Shown: positions 35,047 through 48,327, counted from the stretch's first letter. The stretch is DNA of 64,000 bases from Macrostomum lignano (GCA_002269645.1 NIVC01003350.1:7888-71887), one strand, 5' to 3'. Numbers and translations: made by a program. The notes: generated by a model from the sequence alone, not told the origin.

Positions 35047-35632
35047 TCACCGGGTTGTCCGTGGCGTCCACATAGGAAGACATGGGCGGCTCCAGCGCCA
35101 GCTCGGCATTGAGAATTTTCTGCACGTCGATGCCGTGCTCGCCATTGGCGGCGCCGGCGCCGGCAGCCGGGGCGCCGACACCAGAGGCGCCTCCGACCGA
35201 CGCCGGCGTGTTCGGATCGCCGAAACTCAGACCGCCGGCGCCGCCGCCGCTGCTGGCGGGAGACCCGACGGTGGCGCTGAAACCCGTGGAGGCGGCGGCG
35301 CCCCCCGGCACAGCGGCGGCTGCAGCGGCGGCAGCCTCTTCGCGCTCCTTGGCGCGCTGACGCTCCTCCTGAACGGCCTCGCGCTTCATGCCCATGGCCA
35401 GGCACTTCATGTAGCGGCAGTATTGGCAGCGGTTCCGCTGCCGCTTGTCTATGCAGCAGCGGCGCTCGTCCCGGCAGGTGTACTTCAAATCCTTGCGCAC
35501 CGTCCGCTTGAAGAAGCCTTTGCAGCCCTCGCAGGAGTACACCGAGTAGTGCTTGCCGGAGGCGCGGTCGCCGCATATGGCGCACAAATTCTTAGTGAAG
35601 GTGGAGCTCACCTCCAGAGTGCTTGAGAACAT
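33844..35632 (-). CDS. RXR: Retinoid X receptor (NR2B), ~388 aa
   Basis: Exons 35632-35051, 34961-34581, 34047-33844, all phase 0. [37 protein letters not shown]...[28 protein letters not shown]; [21 protein letters not shown]....[52 protein letters not shown]. An additional upstream exon cannot be excluded. Confidence 0.95.
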
Positions 35633-36424
35633 AGTCTAGCGATTAGTTTGGTGGCTATTGGGAAAGTGCCATGAAGGACAGAAATCAAATTCGATGTTTT
35701 TCACACCCAAAAGAATTATTCACATAGTCTATTTACACTACTATACTAGAAGAGAAAGAGTAGTATGATTATTAACCTATTTATACTACTGTACAAATAT
35801 TTAAGTAGCAAGTAGTGTAAATGTCTATCTAAAAAAGTTGGGTCAAAGTAAGGTCATTAAAAATGGATGAAAGAAAGGAAAAAAGCCGCTAATCTTTTAT
35901 TTTATTTAAGGCACGCGGAATTCGGTCGGCATAGAGAACTGGAATGAAATAGCACAAGTACGTAGTTCATAGCGCAACTAAAATCGACAGCAGATTTAAA
36001 ATACAATTGGAATTAACACTAGAATCAGATAAGGACTGCCCAGCTCTAGTCTGGAAGCGCTTATGTATGAATAAATAAACAATAAAACCGGTTTGACTAA
36101 ACACTGCTTTTAGAAGAAATTGGACAACGGCTCTACTCAAAACAGCAATCAGAGTGAAGCATTAACTCATTGTTTGCTGTTTTATTGAAACAAAATGCGC
36201 AACCTAGTAAGCACAGGCTGACACGAAAAAACTATTGATCCACAAGAATTCAAACAACTTTTACAAAAAGGGCTACAGGGTACTTTTAAATATAAAAATC
36301 TAGGAAAAACTGCTGAGGACATGGAAGACATTATTAGATAGACTAATAATGGACTGACAAAACAATGCCTTGTCGTAAAACTTCCAGCCATAAATGTCTC
36401 GGTACGTATTGATAATCAAAGTTA

Positions 36425-36585
36425 ATATTTCGATACATATCGGCTACGGAATTTACATAGTTTCGATACATATCGGCTATTAAATTTATATTTTCGATGC
36501 CTATCGGCTACTCAATTTATATAGTTTCGCTACATATCGGCTACTCAATTTATATAGCTTCGATACATATCGGCTATTGTATTTA
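36425..36585 (+). repeat. Degenerate ~35-bp tandem repeat (tttcgatacatatcggcta...)
   Basis: About 5 imperfect copies between PPM1H and RXR. Confidence 0.7.
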
Positions 36586-36920
36586 TAGTTTTTCTACAAA
36601 GGCATGACATCAATCTACTGGTAGTATACCATATGGGATATATTGATATATAAAATACTAAAAATGTAGCATTAAAATACGAAATGAAAAAATTAAATTG
36701 TTCCATAAACGGGGTTACAAATAAGATTCGTTAAAAAATTAACGGACAAGCAGACAGACAGAACGCGCAGCACCATAAATGAATAAAAAGAAAAAAGAGC
36801 ACAGAACAATGAGATGCTACGGAATTTATTATTGAAAGCCAGCTTGTCTCATGGAAATCAAGTTTTTTTCAATTAAACAGTTAAATAATTTTCGACACAT
36901 ATCGCCTGATCCTAACGGTT

Positions 36921-37609
36921 TCAGTTGTCGCCATCAGCCGAAGGAACTTCAGCTGGCGTAGGCGGCTTGCTGAGCCAGCCAAGCGGAATCACAAAGCAGG
37001 AGATGTCGTCCAGAGAGGCTGGGGGCTCTTTCGCGGTGCCATTCGCAGCTTCCTTTGCCTGGCTATCGTCGGGTGCGGCGGTGGCATCGCTGATGGTGAG
37101 TCGCCAGAAGCCGCCGCTCTGTCGACTGTCGGGAGTTTGAGAGCCGCGCTGCCAGGTGCCCCGGGCCGCGCCAACCAGAGCTTGTGCGGCGATGACGCAC
37201 CTGCCAAGTGGCAGCAGCAGTAGTAGTATTGTGCGGGTACAATGGTACGTGTGCTAGGAAATATTATTCTGGACGAACCCATCATGCACTTTTTCAATAA
37301 TCCAGAGTAGGCAATAAGCATACTTATACTCAGCATAACTGTAGAGTATAAGAATTCCACTGTGTCAGGGTAATTACAGAGCAGACCAGCTCAATAAGTA
37401 ATTGGCAGAATCTGTCAAGCGCGGGAGCCGAAATTTGCTGTGCCAGACGGTCTAATTGGTGTTGCGATGGCGTGGACTGGCTGGCCTTAAAGTGCACGCC
37501 TTTTAGATAGATAGATAGATAGATGGATGGATGGATAGATAGAAAGACGGATAGATAGATGGATAGATAGATAGATAGATAGATGGATAGATAGATAGAT
37601 AGATAGATG

Positions 37610-37704
<95 letters not shown>

Positions 37705-40700
37705 GGATAGATAGATAGATAGACAGATAGATAGATAGATAGATAGATAGATGGATAGATAGATACATACATAGATAGATAGATACATAGATAGATGGAT
37801 GGATAGATAGATAAATATTAGGGTGATCCAAAAGTTTCCAGAATTTTTTAGAATCCAACTTTTAGTTAATTTTTGTCTATGGAAAAGCTTAAAAGCAGCA
37901 ACCATCTACTATGCTGTTGGCCAGCCTTATCATCACTCTTTAGCTTAACATTGCTCAGTTTCCCAGACCCTGCCTACATAAGCCAGCAAACGCATCCAAT
38001 GGAACTGCCAAGAACTGAATGGCGAGCAATTCTGCTCAACCACTTTCATGCGGGACGCAACGCAGCAGAGGCACATCGCGAGTTGTTGCAGCTGATGGGC
38101 CCACATGCACCCTCCAAGTCGTCGGTGTACGAGTGGTTCTCTCGCTTTGCTGAGGAGAACTATGAGCTGAAGGACAAGCCGAGGTCAGGCCGACCCCCTG
38201 CTGCTGATGGCGATGCCGTTCTCCAAGCCCTTGAGGACAATCCAGACTACAGCGTGCGCAAGCTGTCAGCCGCTACTCGGGTGTTCTATGGCACGGTCCG
38301 GCGGAGCCTGCATGCTGCGGACAAGGTGCCGAAGGAGCCAACTCTGGTGCCCCATGAGCTGACGCCTCAGCAGCTGAGAGCCAGGGTGGATGTGGCAACT
38401 TCGAATCTTCGCCAGGCCGGTTCGCCAAACTTTCTCAAGTCGATAATCGCTCAAGACGAGAAGTGGGTCTGCTATGAGAACCCAAGCACATCAGCCGTCT
38501 GGGTCGATGCTTAGAAGAACCACCCAGCCAGCTGCCAAATGCGGAACCGCCACTGCGCAAGGAGCTGCTCTCTTTCTGGTTCTGCTCGTCTGGCCCTGTT
38601 TTCTGGGAGGTCATCCCGCATGGCATGGCTGTGAACGCGGAGGTGATCTGCAGCGAACTGGAGCAGGTCACCCGTTTGCTGCGATCCGTGTGCCCGGGAC
38701 ACCGCGACAAAGTGCTCCTCTTCGACAATGCGCGGCCTCACAAAGCAAGACTCACCCAGGCCAAGCTGGCAAGCCTGGGCTTCAGTGTTTTGCCCCACCC
38801 ACCATATTCGCCAGACCTCTCGCCATGCGACTACCATGTGTTCAGGTCTCTCCAGAGCTTTTGTGATGGACAGCGGTTCGCCAACAAGCAACATGTGGAG
38901 CAGGCAGTGCAGAAATGGATTGATTCAAAGCCTGCGAGCTTCTGGAGGGAGGGGATTGAGGCATTGCCAGCAAGATGGGAGAGGGTCAGGGCCTTGAATG
39001 GCAACTACATCACATCGCTGTAAACTGTTTGTTCTTGACACTATTTGTTATAGTTTTAAATTGTTCAAATTCCGGAAACTTTTGGCTCACCCTAATAGAT
39101 GGTTAGATAGATAGACAGATAGAGGATAGATAATGGATAGATAGATAGATGGATAAATAGATAGACAGATAGATAGATAGACAGAACTCAAAATCTCACC
39201 TATTACTAGTAGACTGACTAACAGCGTCCTTGACAACAGCCTCAGCCGCTTCGTTGCTTAGCACATCCCACAGACCGTCGGTTGCCATGACAACAAAATC
39301 GTCGGCGCCCATGCAGTCGCGCAGCGGCACAACCTGCGGCACGCAGCTCAGGAACGGCTTCACTGCGATACTGCTGTCGGACACGAGCAGGTCGTGATCG
39401 CCGAACCCCCTGGCAACGCCAATGGTTGCTAGGAGACGGGACTGGAGATTATTTAAAATTAAATTAAAAGAGAAAACGTTTCAACGGTTCTGCTTTTAAT
39501 TAAGGTTTCAGTTTGTTTAAGTTGGGTTTAGGTTGAGCTCTAGGTTGGGCTTGGGGTTTAGGTTTTCAGTTTAGGTTAGGGTTTGAGCTGAGGTCTAGGT
39601 TAGGGTTTGGGGTTGGGGTTTAGGTAAGTAAGTTTTTTGGGTTTAGGTCTTGGGGTTTAGTTTGAGGTTTGGGTTTAGGTTGTAGGCAGAGACCAGAGAA
39701 GTCAGTGCCTTCAAACAATTTAGGCCTGTTTCCCGCAAGCTTGAAGCAGAGAAGCCAAGAAAATGCTGGGTAAAAAGCAAGGCCGGTGCATTCGGTACAT
39801 TCACAGGGAAGACTTAAATTCAAGACAGAACTGCTACATCAAGAATTGCACTAGTGATCGATACATTTGGGGCTGCAGTTCGCATATAATTGTAATCAAT
39901 TTTGCAATTCTCCTGAGGCCAATCAAGTGCAAATTAGCAGCTATAGTGGACATGCATAACAAACTTCTTCTTCTCTTCAATAAGGGACGGAACTGCACTA
40001 GATGGGCTGGAACTGGCACTAGATGGGGCGGAACTGGCACTAGATGGGCTGGAACTGGCACTAGATGGGCTGGAACTGGCACTAGATGGGGCGGAACTGG
40101 CACTAGATGGGGCGGAACTGGCACTAGATGGGGCAGAACTGGCACTAGATGGGCTGGAACTGGCACTAGATGGGGCGGAACTGGCACTAGATGGGCTGGA
40201 ACTGGCACTAGATGGGCTGGAACTGGCACTAGATGGGCTGGAACTGGCACTAGATGGGCCGGAACTGGCACTAGATGGGCTGGAACTGGCACTAGATGGG
40301 CTGGAACTGGCACTAGATGGGCTGGAACTGGCACTAGATGGGCTGGAACTGGCACTAGATGGGCCGGAACTGGCACTAGATGGGCTGGAACTGGCACTAG
40401 ATGGGGCGGAACTGGCACTAGATGGGCTGGAACTGGCACTAGATGGGCTGGAACTGGCACTAGATGGGCTGGAACTGGCACTAGATGGGCTGGAACTGGC
40501 ACTAGATGGGCTGGAACTGGCACTAGATGGGCCGGAACTGGCACTAGATGGGCTGGAACTGGCACTAGATGGGCTGGAACTGGCACTAGATGGGCTGGAA
40601 CTGGCACTAGATGGGCTGGAACTGGCACTAGATGGGCCGGAACTGGCACTAGATGGGCTGGAACTGGCACTAGATGGGGCGGAACTGGCACTAGATGGGC

Positions 40701-43700
40701 TGGAACTGGCACTAGATGGGCTGGAACTGGCACTAGATCGGCTAGAACTGGCACTAGATGGGCTGGAACTGGCACTAGATGGGCTGGAACTGGCACTAGA
40801 TGGGCCGGAACTGGCACTAGATGGGCTGGAACTGGCACTAGATGGGCTGGAACTGGCACTAGATGGGCTGGAACTGGCACTAGATGGGCTGGAACTGGCA
40901 CTAGATGGGCCGGAACTGGCACTAGATGGGCTGGAACTGGCACTAGATGGGGCGGAACTGGCACTAGATGGGCTGGAACTGGCACTAGATGGGCTGGAAC
41001 TGGCACTCGATCGGCTGGAACTGGCACTAGATGGGCTGGAACTGGCACTAGATGGGCTGGAACTGGCACTAGATGGGCTGAAACTGGCACTAGATGGGGC
41101 AGAACTGGCACTAGATGTGGCGGAACTGGCACTAGATGGGCTGGAACTGGCACTAGATGGGCTGGAACTGGCACTAGATGGGGCGGAACTGGCACTAGAT
41201 GGGCTGGAACTGGCACTAGATGGGCTGGAACTGGCACTAGATCGGCTGGAACTGGCACTAGATGGGCTGGAACTGGCACTAGATCGGCTGGAACTGGCAC
41301 TAGATGGGCTGAAACTGGCACTAGATGGGGCAGAACTGGCACTAGATGTGGCGGAACTGGCACTAGATGGGCTGGAACTGGCACTAGATGGGCTGGAACT
41401 GGCACTAGATGGGCTGAAACTGGCACTAGATGGGGCGGAACTGGCACTAGATGGGCTGGAACTGGAACTATATGTGGCGGAACTGGCACTAGATCGGCTG
41501 GAACTGGCACTAGATGGGCCGGAACTGGCACTAGATGGGCTGGAACTGGCACTATATGTGGCGGAACTGGCACTAGATGGGCTGAAACTGGCACTAGATG
41601 GGGCGGAACTGGCACTAGATGGGCTGGAACTGGCACTAGATGGGCTGAAACTGGCACTAGATGGGGCGGAACTGGCACTAGATGGGCTGGAACTGGAACT
41701 ATATGTGGCGGAACTGGCACTAGATCGGCTGGAACTGGCACTAGATGGGCTGGAACTGGCACTAGATGGGCTGGAACTGGCACTATATGTGGCGGAACTG
41801 GCACTAGATGGGGCGGAACTGGCACTAGATGGGCTGGAACTGGCACTAGATGGGCTGGAACTGGCACTAGATGGGCCGGAACTGGCACTAGATGGGCTGG
41901 AACTGGCACTAGATGGGCTGGAACTGGCACTAGATGGGCTGGAACTGGCACTAGATGGGCTGGAACTGGCACTAGATGGGCCGGAACTGGCACTAGATGG
42001 GCTGGAACTGGCACTAGATGGGGCGGAACTGGCACTAGATGGGCTGGAACTGGCACTAGATGGGCTGGAACTGGCACTAGATCGGCTGGAACTGGCACTA
42101 GATGGGCTGGAACTGGCACTAGATGGGCTGGAACTGGCACTAGATGGGCTGAAACTGGCACTAGATGGGGCAGAACTGGCACTAGATGTGGCGGAACTGG
42201 CACTAGATGGGCTGGAACTGGCACTAGATGGGCTGGAACTGGCACTAGATGGGGCGGAACTGGCACTAGATGGGCTGGAACTGGCACTAGATGGGCTGGA
42301 ACTGGCACTAGATCGGCTGGAACTGGCACTAGATGGGCTGGAACTGGCACTAGATCGGCTGGAACTGGCACTAGATGGGCTGAAACTGGCACTAGATGGG
42401 GCAGAACTGGCACTAGATGTGGCGGAACTGGCACTAGATGGGCTGGAACTGGCACTAGATGGGCTGGAACTGGCACTAGATGGGCTGAAACTGGCACTAG
42501 ATGGGGCGGAACTGGCACTAGATGGGCTGGAACTGGAACTATATGTGGCGGAACTGGCACTAGATCGGCTGGAACTGGCACTAGATGGGCTGGAACTGGC
42601 ACTAGATGGGCTGGAACTGGCACTATATGTGGCGGAACTGGCACTAGATGGGCTGAAACTGGCACTAGATGGGGCGGAACTGGCACTAGATGGGCTGGAA
42701 CTGGAACTATATGTGGCGGAACTGGCACTAGATCGGCTGGAACTGGCACTAGATGGGCTGGAACTGGCACTAGATGGGCTGGAACTGGCACTATATGTGG
42801 CGGAACTGGCACTAGATCGGCTGGAACTGGCACTAGATGGGCTGGAACTGGCACTAGATCGGCTGGAACTGGCACTAGATGGGCTGGAACTGGCACTAGA
42901 TGGGACGGAACTGGCACTAGAGGAGGCGGAACTGGCACTAGATGTGGCGGAACTGCACTAGATGGGGCGGAACTGGCACTAGATGTGGCGGAACTGCACT
43001 AGATGGGGCGGAACTGGCACTAGATGGGGCGGAACTGGCACTAGATGGGCTGGAACTGGCACTAGATGGGCTGGAACTGGCACTAGATGGGCTGGAACTG
43101 GCACTAGATGGGCTGGAACTGGCACTAGATGGGACGGAACTGGCACTAGATGTGGCGGAACTGGCACTAGATGTGGCGGAACTGCACTAGATGGGGCGGA
43201 ACTGGCACTAGATGTGGCGGAACTGGCACTAGATGGGCTGGAACTGGCACTAGATGGGCTGGAACTGGCACTAGATGGGGCGGTATTGGCCTGGAAATGC
43301 TTGTCATCATTCAAATAGCACATCAAAGGAGGAATAAAAATCTGCGTAAAAACCTTTTTTGAATCGCCGGTAATGAGTGGAAACAGCAGATCCTCTTCTG
43401 ACACCGTTTTAAGAAACCTGCGAATGGGGAAAGTTTCTCGAGTAGGATCGGAGGCATTGAGATTTGACTTACTGGTAAAGGGTGAGATTTTACGAAATGG
43501 ATGATGAGATTTGACTTTGTCAGATTCGATCTACAAATAAAGAGTGAGATTTGATCTACCAATGGAGGGTGAGACTTGACCTAATGGAAGATGAGACTTG
43601 ATTTTCAGATGCAGGTGAGATTTAACTACAGAAGATGAGATTCGCTTTCCAACAACAGCAGAGACTCGCACTTACCAGCCCTGAACAAAGGCGGAGCGGC

Positions 43701-46700
43701 ACAGAACCCGCCTGCCGAGGTCTCGCCTGCCCAGCCGCTTGGCAAACTGTAGCGGACTGAACTCGCCCTGCGCCAGGCGCGGGTGATTGGCGGCGATGGT
43801 CTGCAGCCGCTGCCGGTCGTTGTAGGGCGTCTGGTCCTCCGTGAGCTGCCGGCCCGGGGCCTGACCGCCACGGCACAGGACCGCTCTGCGTGGCGAAGGG
43901 GAATTGTGAACTATTTTCTCCCAGTTAATCCCACATTTATCCCTTAGCTAATCCCACATTTATCCCTTAGCTAATCCCACATTTATCCCTTAGCTAATCC
44001 CACATTTATCCCTTAGCTAATCCCCTAATTATCCCTTAGCTAATCCCACATTTATCCCTTAGCTAATCCCACATTTATCCCTTAGCTAATCCCACATTTA
44101 TCCCTTAGCTAATCCCACATTTATCCCTTAGCTAATCCCCTAATTATCCCTTAGCTAATCCCACATTTATCCCTTAGCTAATCCCACATTTATCCCTTAG
44201 CTAATCCCACATTTATCCCTTAGCTAATCCCACATTTATCCCTTAGCTAATCCCACATTTATCCCTTAACTAATCCCACATTTATCCCTTAGCTAATCCT
44301 ACATTATTCCTTAGATAATCCCACATTTATCCCTTAGCTAATCCCACATTTATCCCTTAACTAATCCCACATTTATCCCTTAGCTAATCCCACATTTATC
44401 CCTTAGCTAATCCCACATTTATCCCTTAGCTAATCCCACATTTATCCCTTAGCTAATCCCACATTTATCCCTTAGCTAATCCCACATTTATCCCTTAGCT
44501 AATCCCACATTTATCCCTTAGCTAATCCCACATTTATCCCTTAGCTAATCCCACATTTATCCCTTAACTAATCCCACATTTATCCCTTAGCTAATCCTAC
44601 ATTATTCCTTAGATAATCCCACATTTATCCCTTAGCTAATCCTACATTATTCCTTAGATAATCCCACATTTATCCCTTAGCTAGTCCCACATTTATCCCT
44701 AAGCTAATCCCCTAATTATCCCTTAGGTAATCCCACATTATCCGTTAGCTAGTCCCACATTTATCCCTTAGCTAATCCCCAAATTATTCCCCAGCTAATC
44801 CCACATTTATCCCATAGCAGGTATAATAGTCACCTGCTGTCCCCAGCGGAGGCAACGTAGGCCCTGCCAAGCAGGAACACGGTGACGAGGGCGGTGCAGC
44901 CGCCTTTGATTTTGTGGGCAACGCGATTTTTACCGATTTCTTGGTCCTGCAAGTTTGGAAAAAGCACAGCTTGCAGCTGCAATAAGCCATTGGGCCAAGT
45001 TAAAAGTACTTTTTGATCATGCTCAGTGCTCACCATGGTGATGAAAGCGTTCTCCAAGGCTCCAGTAACTAAGTCGTCAACTCCAATGCTCGAATTCTCT
45101 GCTTTTGCTGTGGTCGAATTCGAACCAGACAGGGCGCTCAGCAGGAAAGGGTGCATCTGCTGAAGGCGGTCCTGAGGGGCCAGATGAGAGAAGGGATGAC
45201 AGAATGATTCTGGATCCATCTGAGTGATTCTGAATCCATCTGAGTGATTCTGGATCCATCTGAGTGATTCTGAATCCATCTGAGTGATTCTGGATCCATC
45301 TGAGTGATTCTGGATCCATCTGAGTGATTCTGGATCCATCTGAGTGATTCTGAATCCATCTGAGTGATTCTGGATCCATCTGAGTGATTCTGAATCCATC
45401 TGAGTGATTCTGGATCCATCTGAGTGATTCTGAATCCATCTGAGTGATTCTGGATCCATCTGAGTGATTCTGAATCCATCTGAGTGATTCTGGATCCATC
45501 TGAGTGATTCTGAATCCATCTGAATGATTCTGGATCCATCTGAATGATTCTGGATCCATCTGAATGATTCTGAATCCATCTGAGTGATTCTGAATCCATC
45601 TGAGTGATTCTGGATCCATCTGAGTGATTCTGAATCCATCTGAATGATTCTGGATCCATCTGAATGATTCTGGATCCATCTGAATGATTCTGAATCCATC
45701 TGAATGATTCTGAATCCATCTGAGTGATTCTGGATCCATCTGAGTGATTCTGAATCCATCTGAATGATTCTGGATCCATCTGAATGATTCTGGATCCATC
45801 TGAATGATTCTGGATCCATCTGAGTGATTCTGAATCCATCTGAATGATTCTGGATCCATCTGAATGATTCTGGATCCATCTGAGTGATTCTGAATCCATC
45901 TGAGTGATTCTGCCTCCATCTGAATGATTCTGCCTCCATCTGAATGATTCTGCCTCCATCTGAATGATTCTGCCTCCATCTGAATGATTCTGCCTCCATC
46001 TGAATGATTCTGCCTCCATCTGAATGATTCTGCCTCCATCTGAATGATTCTGCCTCCATCTGAATGATTCTGCCTCCATCTGAATGATTCTGCCTCCATC
46101 TGAATGATTCTGCCTCCATCTGAATGATTCTGCCTCCATCTGAATGATTCTGCCTCCATCTGAATGATTCTGCCTCCATCTGAATGATTCTGCCTCCATC
46201 TGAATGATTCTGCCTCCATCTGAATGATTCTGCCTCCATCTGAATGATTCTGCCTCCATCTGAATGATTCTGCCTCCATCTGAATGATTCTGCCTCCATC
46301 TGAATGATTCTGCCTCCATCTGAATGATTCTGCCTCCATCTGAATGATTCTGCCTCCATCTGAATGATTCTGAATCCATCTGAATGATTCTGCCTCCATC
46401 TGAATGATTCTGCCTCCATCTGAATGATTCTGCCTCCATCTGAATGATTCTGCCTCCATCTGAATGATTCTGCCTCCATCTGAATGATTCTGCCTCCATC
46501 TGAATGATTCTGCCTCCATCTGAATGATTCTGAATCCATCTGAATGATTCTGCCTCCATCTGAATGATTCTGCCTCCATCTGAGTGATTCTGAATCCATC
46601 TGAATGATTCTGCCTCCATCTGAGTGATTCTGAATCCATCTGAATCGCGAGAACGCAGTCTCAGATCGCAGTGCACTCACCCTGATGTGCAGGTGCAGCC

Positions 46701-48068
46701 TGTGCCTGGCATAGGTGGAAGCGCCGTCCCCGGCGTGGCCATCGAACAGGGCAAAGTAGGTAACTAAGGTGCTTCCAACGGGTCTGGCCGCTTCAGCCTA
46801 AGGTAAACGGTGGGAGTAACTAATGCTGAATTATAATAAACAAACACCTCGTCACCTAATTAGTAGTCAGTGAAGCATACGCGCACTCACTGCTCGACAG
46901 TCCTCAAAAGTGCAAATAAAATTCGAGTACATGATCGCATCGGGCCGGGGCTCCTGGCCGCCTGCTGCCGGGCTGTTTGGAGGCGACAGCCAGAACTGGC
47001 AGGCCTGCGCCTGGTCCTCGTTGCGCTGGCTCTTGCCGCCATTGATGGTCCTTTGGTTGAGGCAGGTGATCAATTGATGTGAGCAGGAATGCTCAGGTGG
47101 GGTTCTCAAAATGGGGGAATTTCTCACTTTATTCTCAAAATGGGGGAATTTCTTACCTTTTTCTCAAAAATGGGGGAATTTCTCACTTTATTCTCAAAAT
47201 GGGGGGAATTGCTCACTTTATTCTCAAAATGGGGGGAATTGCTCACTTTATTCTCAAAATGGGGGGAATTGCTCACTTTATTCTCAAAATGGGGGAATTT
47301 CTCACCTTTTTCTCAAAAATGGGGGAATTTCTCACTTTATTCTCAAAATGGGGGGAATTGCTCACTTTATTCTTAAAATGGGGGAATTTCTTACTTTATT
47401 ATTAAAATTGGGGAATTTCTCACTTTATTCTTAAAATGGGGGAATTTCTTACTTTATTATTAAAATTGGGGAATTTCTCACTTTATTCTTAAAATGGGGG
47501 AATTCTTACTTTATTATTAAAATTGGGGAATTTCTGACTTTATTCTAAAAATGGGGGAATTTCTTACTTTATTATTAAAATTGGGGAATTGCTAACTAAA
47601 TAAGTTTCCAAGCGGAGGGCCACTTCTGTAAATCAGATTTCATTAGAAATATCAATAATTTGATAATTGTTAGAATTTTTGGAAAATCAAGACTTCAATC
47701 AATTGTCAATTTTGAGCAGCAATCGGTAAACACGGCATCTGCAGACTTCTGATTGCTTCTGTGGGTCAGAGAGGCTCAACCCTAGGATTAGGCTAGGGTG
47801 ACAACAACCCCTGCCTCCAGACTCACTCGGCATATCCGGACATGCCCGGCAGCGGGCACTTGTCTCCGGCCACCAGAATCGGCCGACTAACATTATAGCC
47901 GGCCAGCCCAGTCACCTCGTCCGGCTCCAGGGACAGGCTGAGGAAGTCCGGCCGACTGTAGGCGTACCGAGGACCCGAGGCTGAGGACCCAGCCTCCGCT
48001 GCCTCATCCTCCGACCGGTCCAGCTCGGCCAGCCCGGAGCGGATGGCGCCGGACAGTCGCCTGAGCAT
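36921..48068 (-). CDS. PPM1H: PP2C-family phosphatase, PPM1H/J/M-like
   Basis: Exons 48068-47827, 47050-46891 (donor least certain), 46797-46681, 45171-45034, 44946-44834, 43885-43676, 43417-43354, 39441-39200, 37200-36921, with compatible phases. Motifs: [122 protein letters not shown]. Confidence 0.92.
37504..37815 (+). repeat. (GATA)n microsatellite, continued at 39096-39185 on the other side of the mariner
   Basis: Direct reading. Confidence 0.97.
37818..39095 (+). mobile_element. Mariner (DD34D) transposon, 1278 bp
   Basis: TIRs TTAGGGTGA(T/G)CCAAAAGTTTCC(A/G)GAATTT with a TA target duplication (37816-17 and 39096-97). Lies in the last PPM1H intron, antisense to the gene. Confidence 0.95.
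37999..39023 (+). pseudogene. Mariner transposase with one frameshift near 38508
   Basis: [16 protein letters not shown]...HTH; LVPHEL; [14 protein letters not shown]; frameshift; [19 protein letters not shown]; LLFDNARPH...[19 protein letters not shown]. There are 34 residues between the second and third Asp. Confidence 0.92.
39985..43285 (+). repeat. 21-bp minisatellite (ggaactggcactagatgggct), ~155 copies, with ~1-kb higher-order duplication
   Basis: Fills most of PPM1H intron 7. The order of variant units from ~40960 repeats from ~42000. Confidence 0.97.
43925..44810 (+). repeat. 23-bp minisatellite (ctaatcccacatttatcccttag) in PPM1H intron 5
   Basis: Tandem copies visible directly. Confidence 0.95.
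45200..46645 (+). repeat. 20-bp minisatellite (tgaatgattctgcctccatc / tgagtgattctggatccatc) in PPM1H intron 3
   Basis: About 72 copies, with two spatially segregated variant domains that switch near 45905. Confidence 0.97.
47105..47590 (+). repeat. ~30-bp minisatellite (aaaatggggggaatttctcactttattctc) in PPM1H intron 1
   Basis: Tandem copies visible directly. Confidence 0.9.
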
Positions 48069-48327
48069 AGTTGGAGTTGCAGATGGGAAAGCGATAAGGC
48101 TGAGTCCAGATTAGCTAATTAGGCGCTAATTATCATGAACTCGCGCGCTCTCTCGGTGCATGCATTAGAAAGCGAAAAACAGGCGTGTAAAACAAGTTGA
48201 AATCTGGGTTTCAGATAATTATTAAACAACCCAAGTTGCGCAACTTTAACTTGTTACCTTTGAACAAGAAAATCATTAAAGACTAATTGTTCAAATGTGA
48301 TGATAATGATTAGAAACTGACAAGGTG

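Noticed and set aside
37330-37905. IYLS-repeat membrane-protein ORFs
   Set aside because: Translations of the (GATA)n microsatellite.
39763-43404. Giant ORFs (1079, 1034, 614 aa) as real proteins
   Set aside because: They are translations of a 21-bp satellite lying inside a PPM1H intron bounded by good splice sites.
44830-46680. 500-600-aa [20 protein letters not shown] repeat ORFs
   Set aside because: A 20-bp satellite read in all three frames. Only the last part of the 616-aa ORF is real (PPM1H exons 4 and 5).
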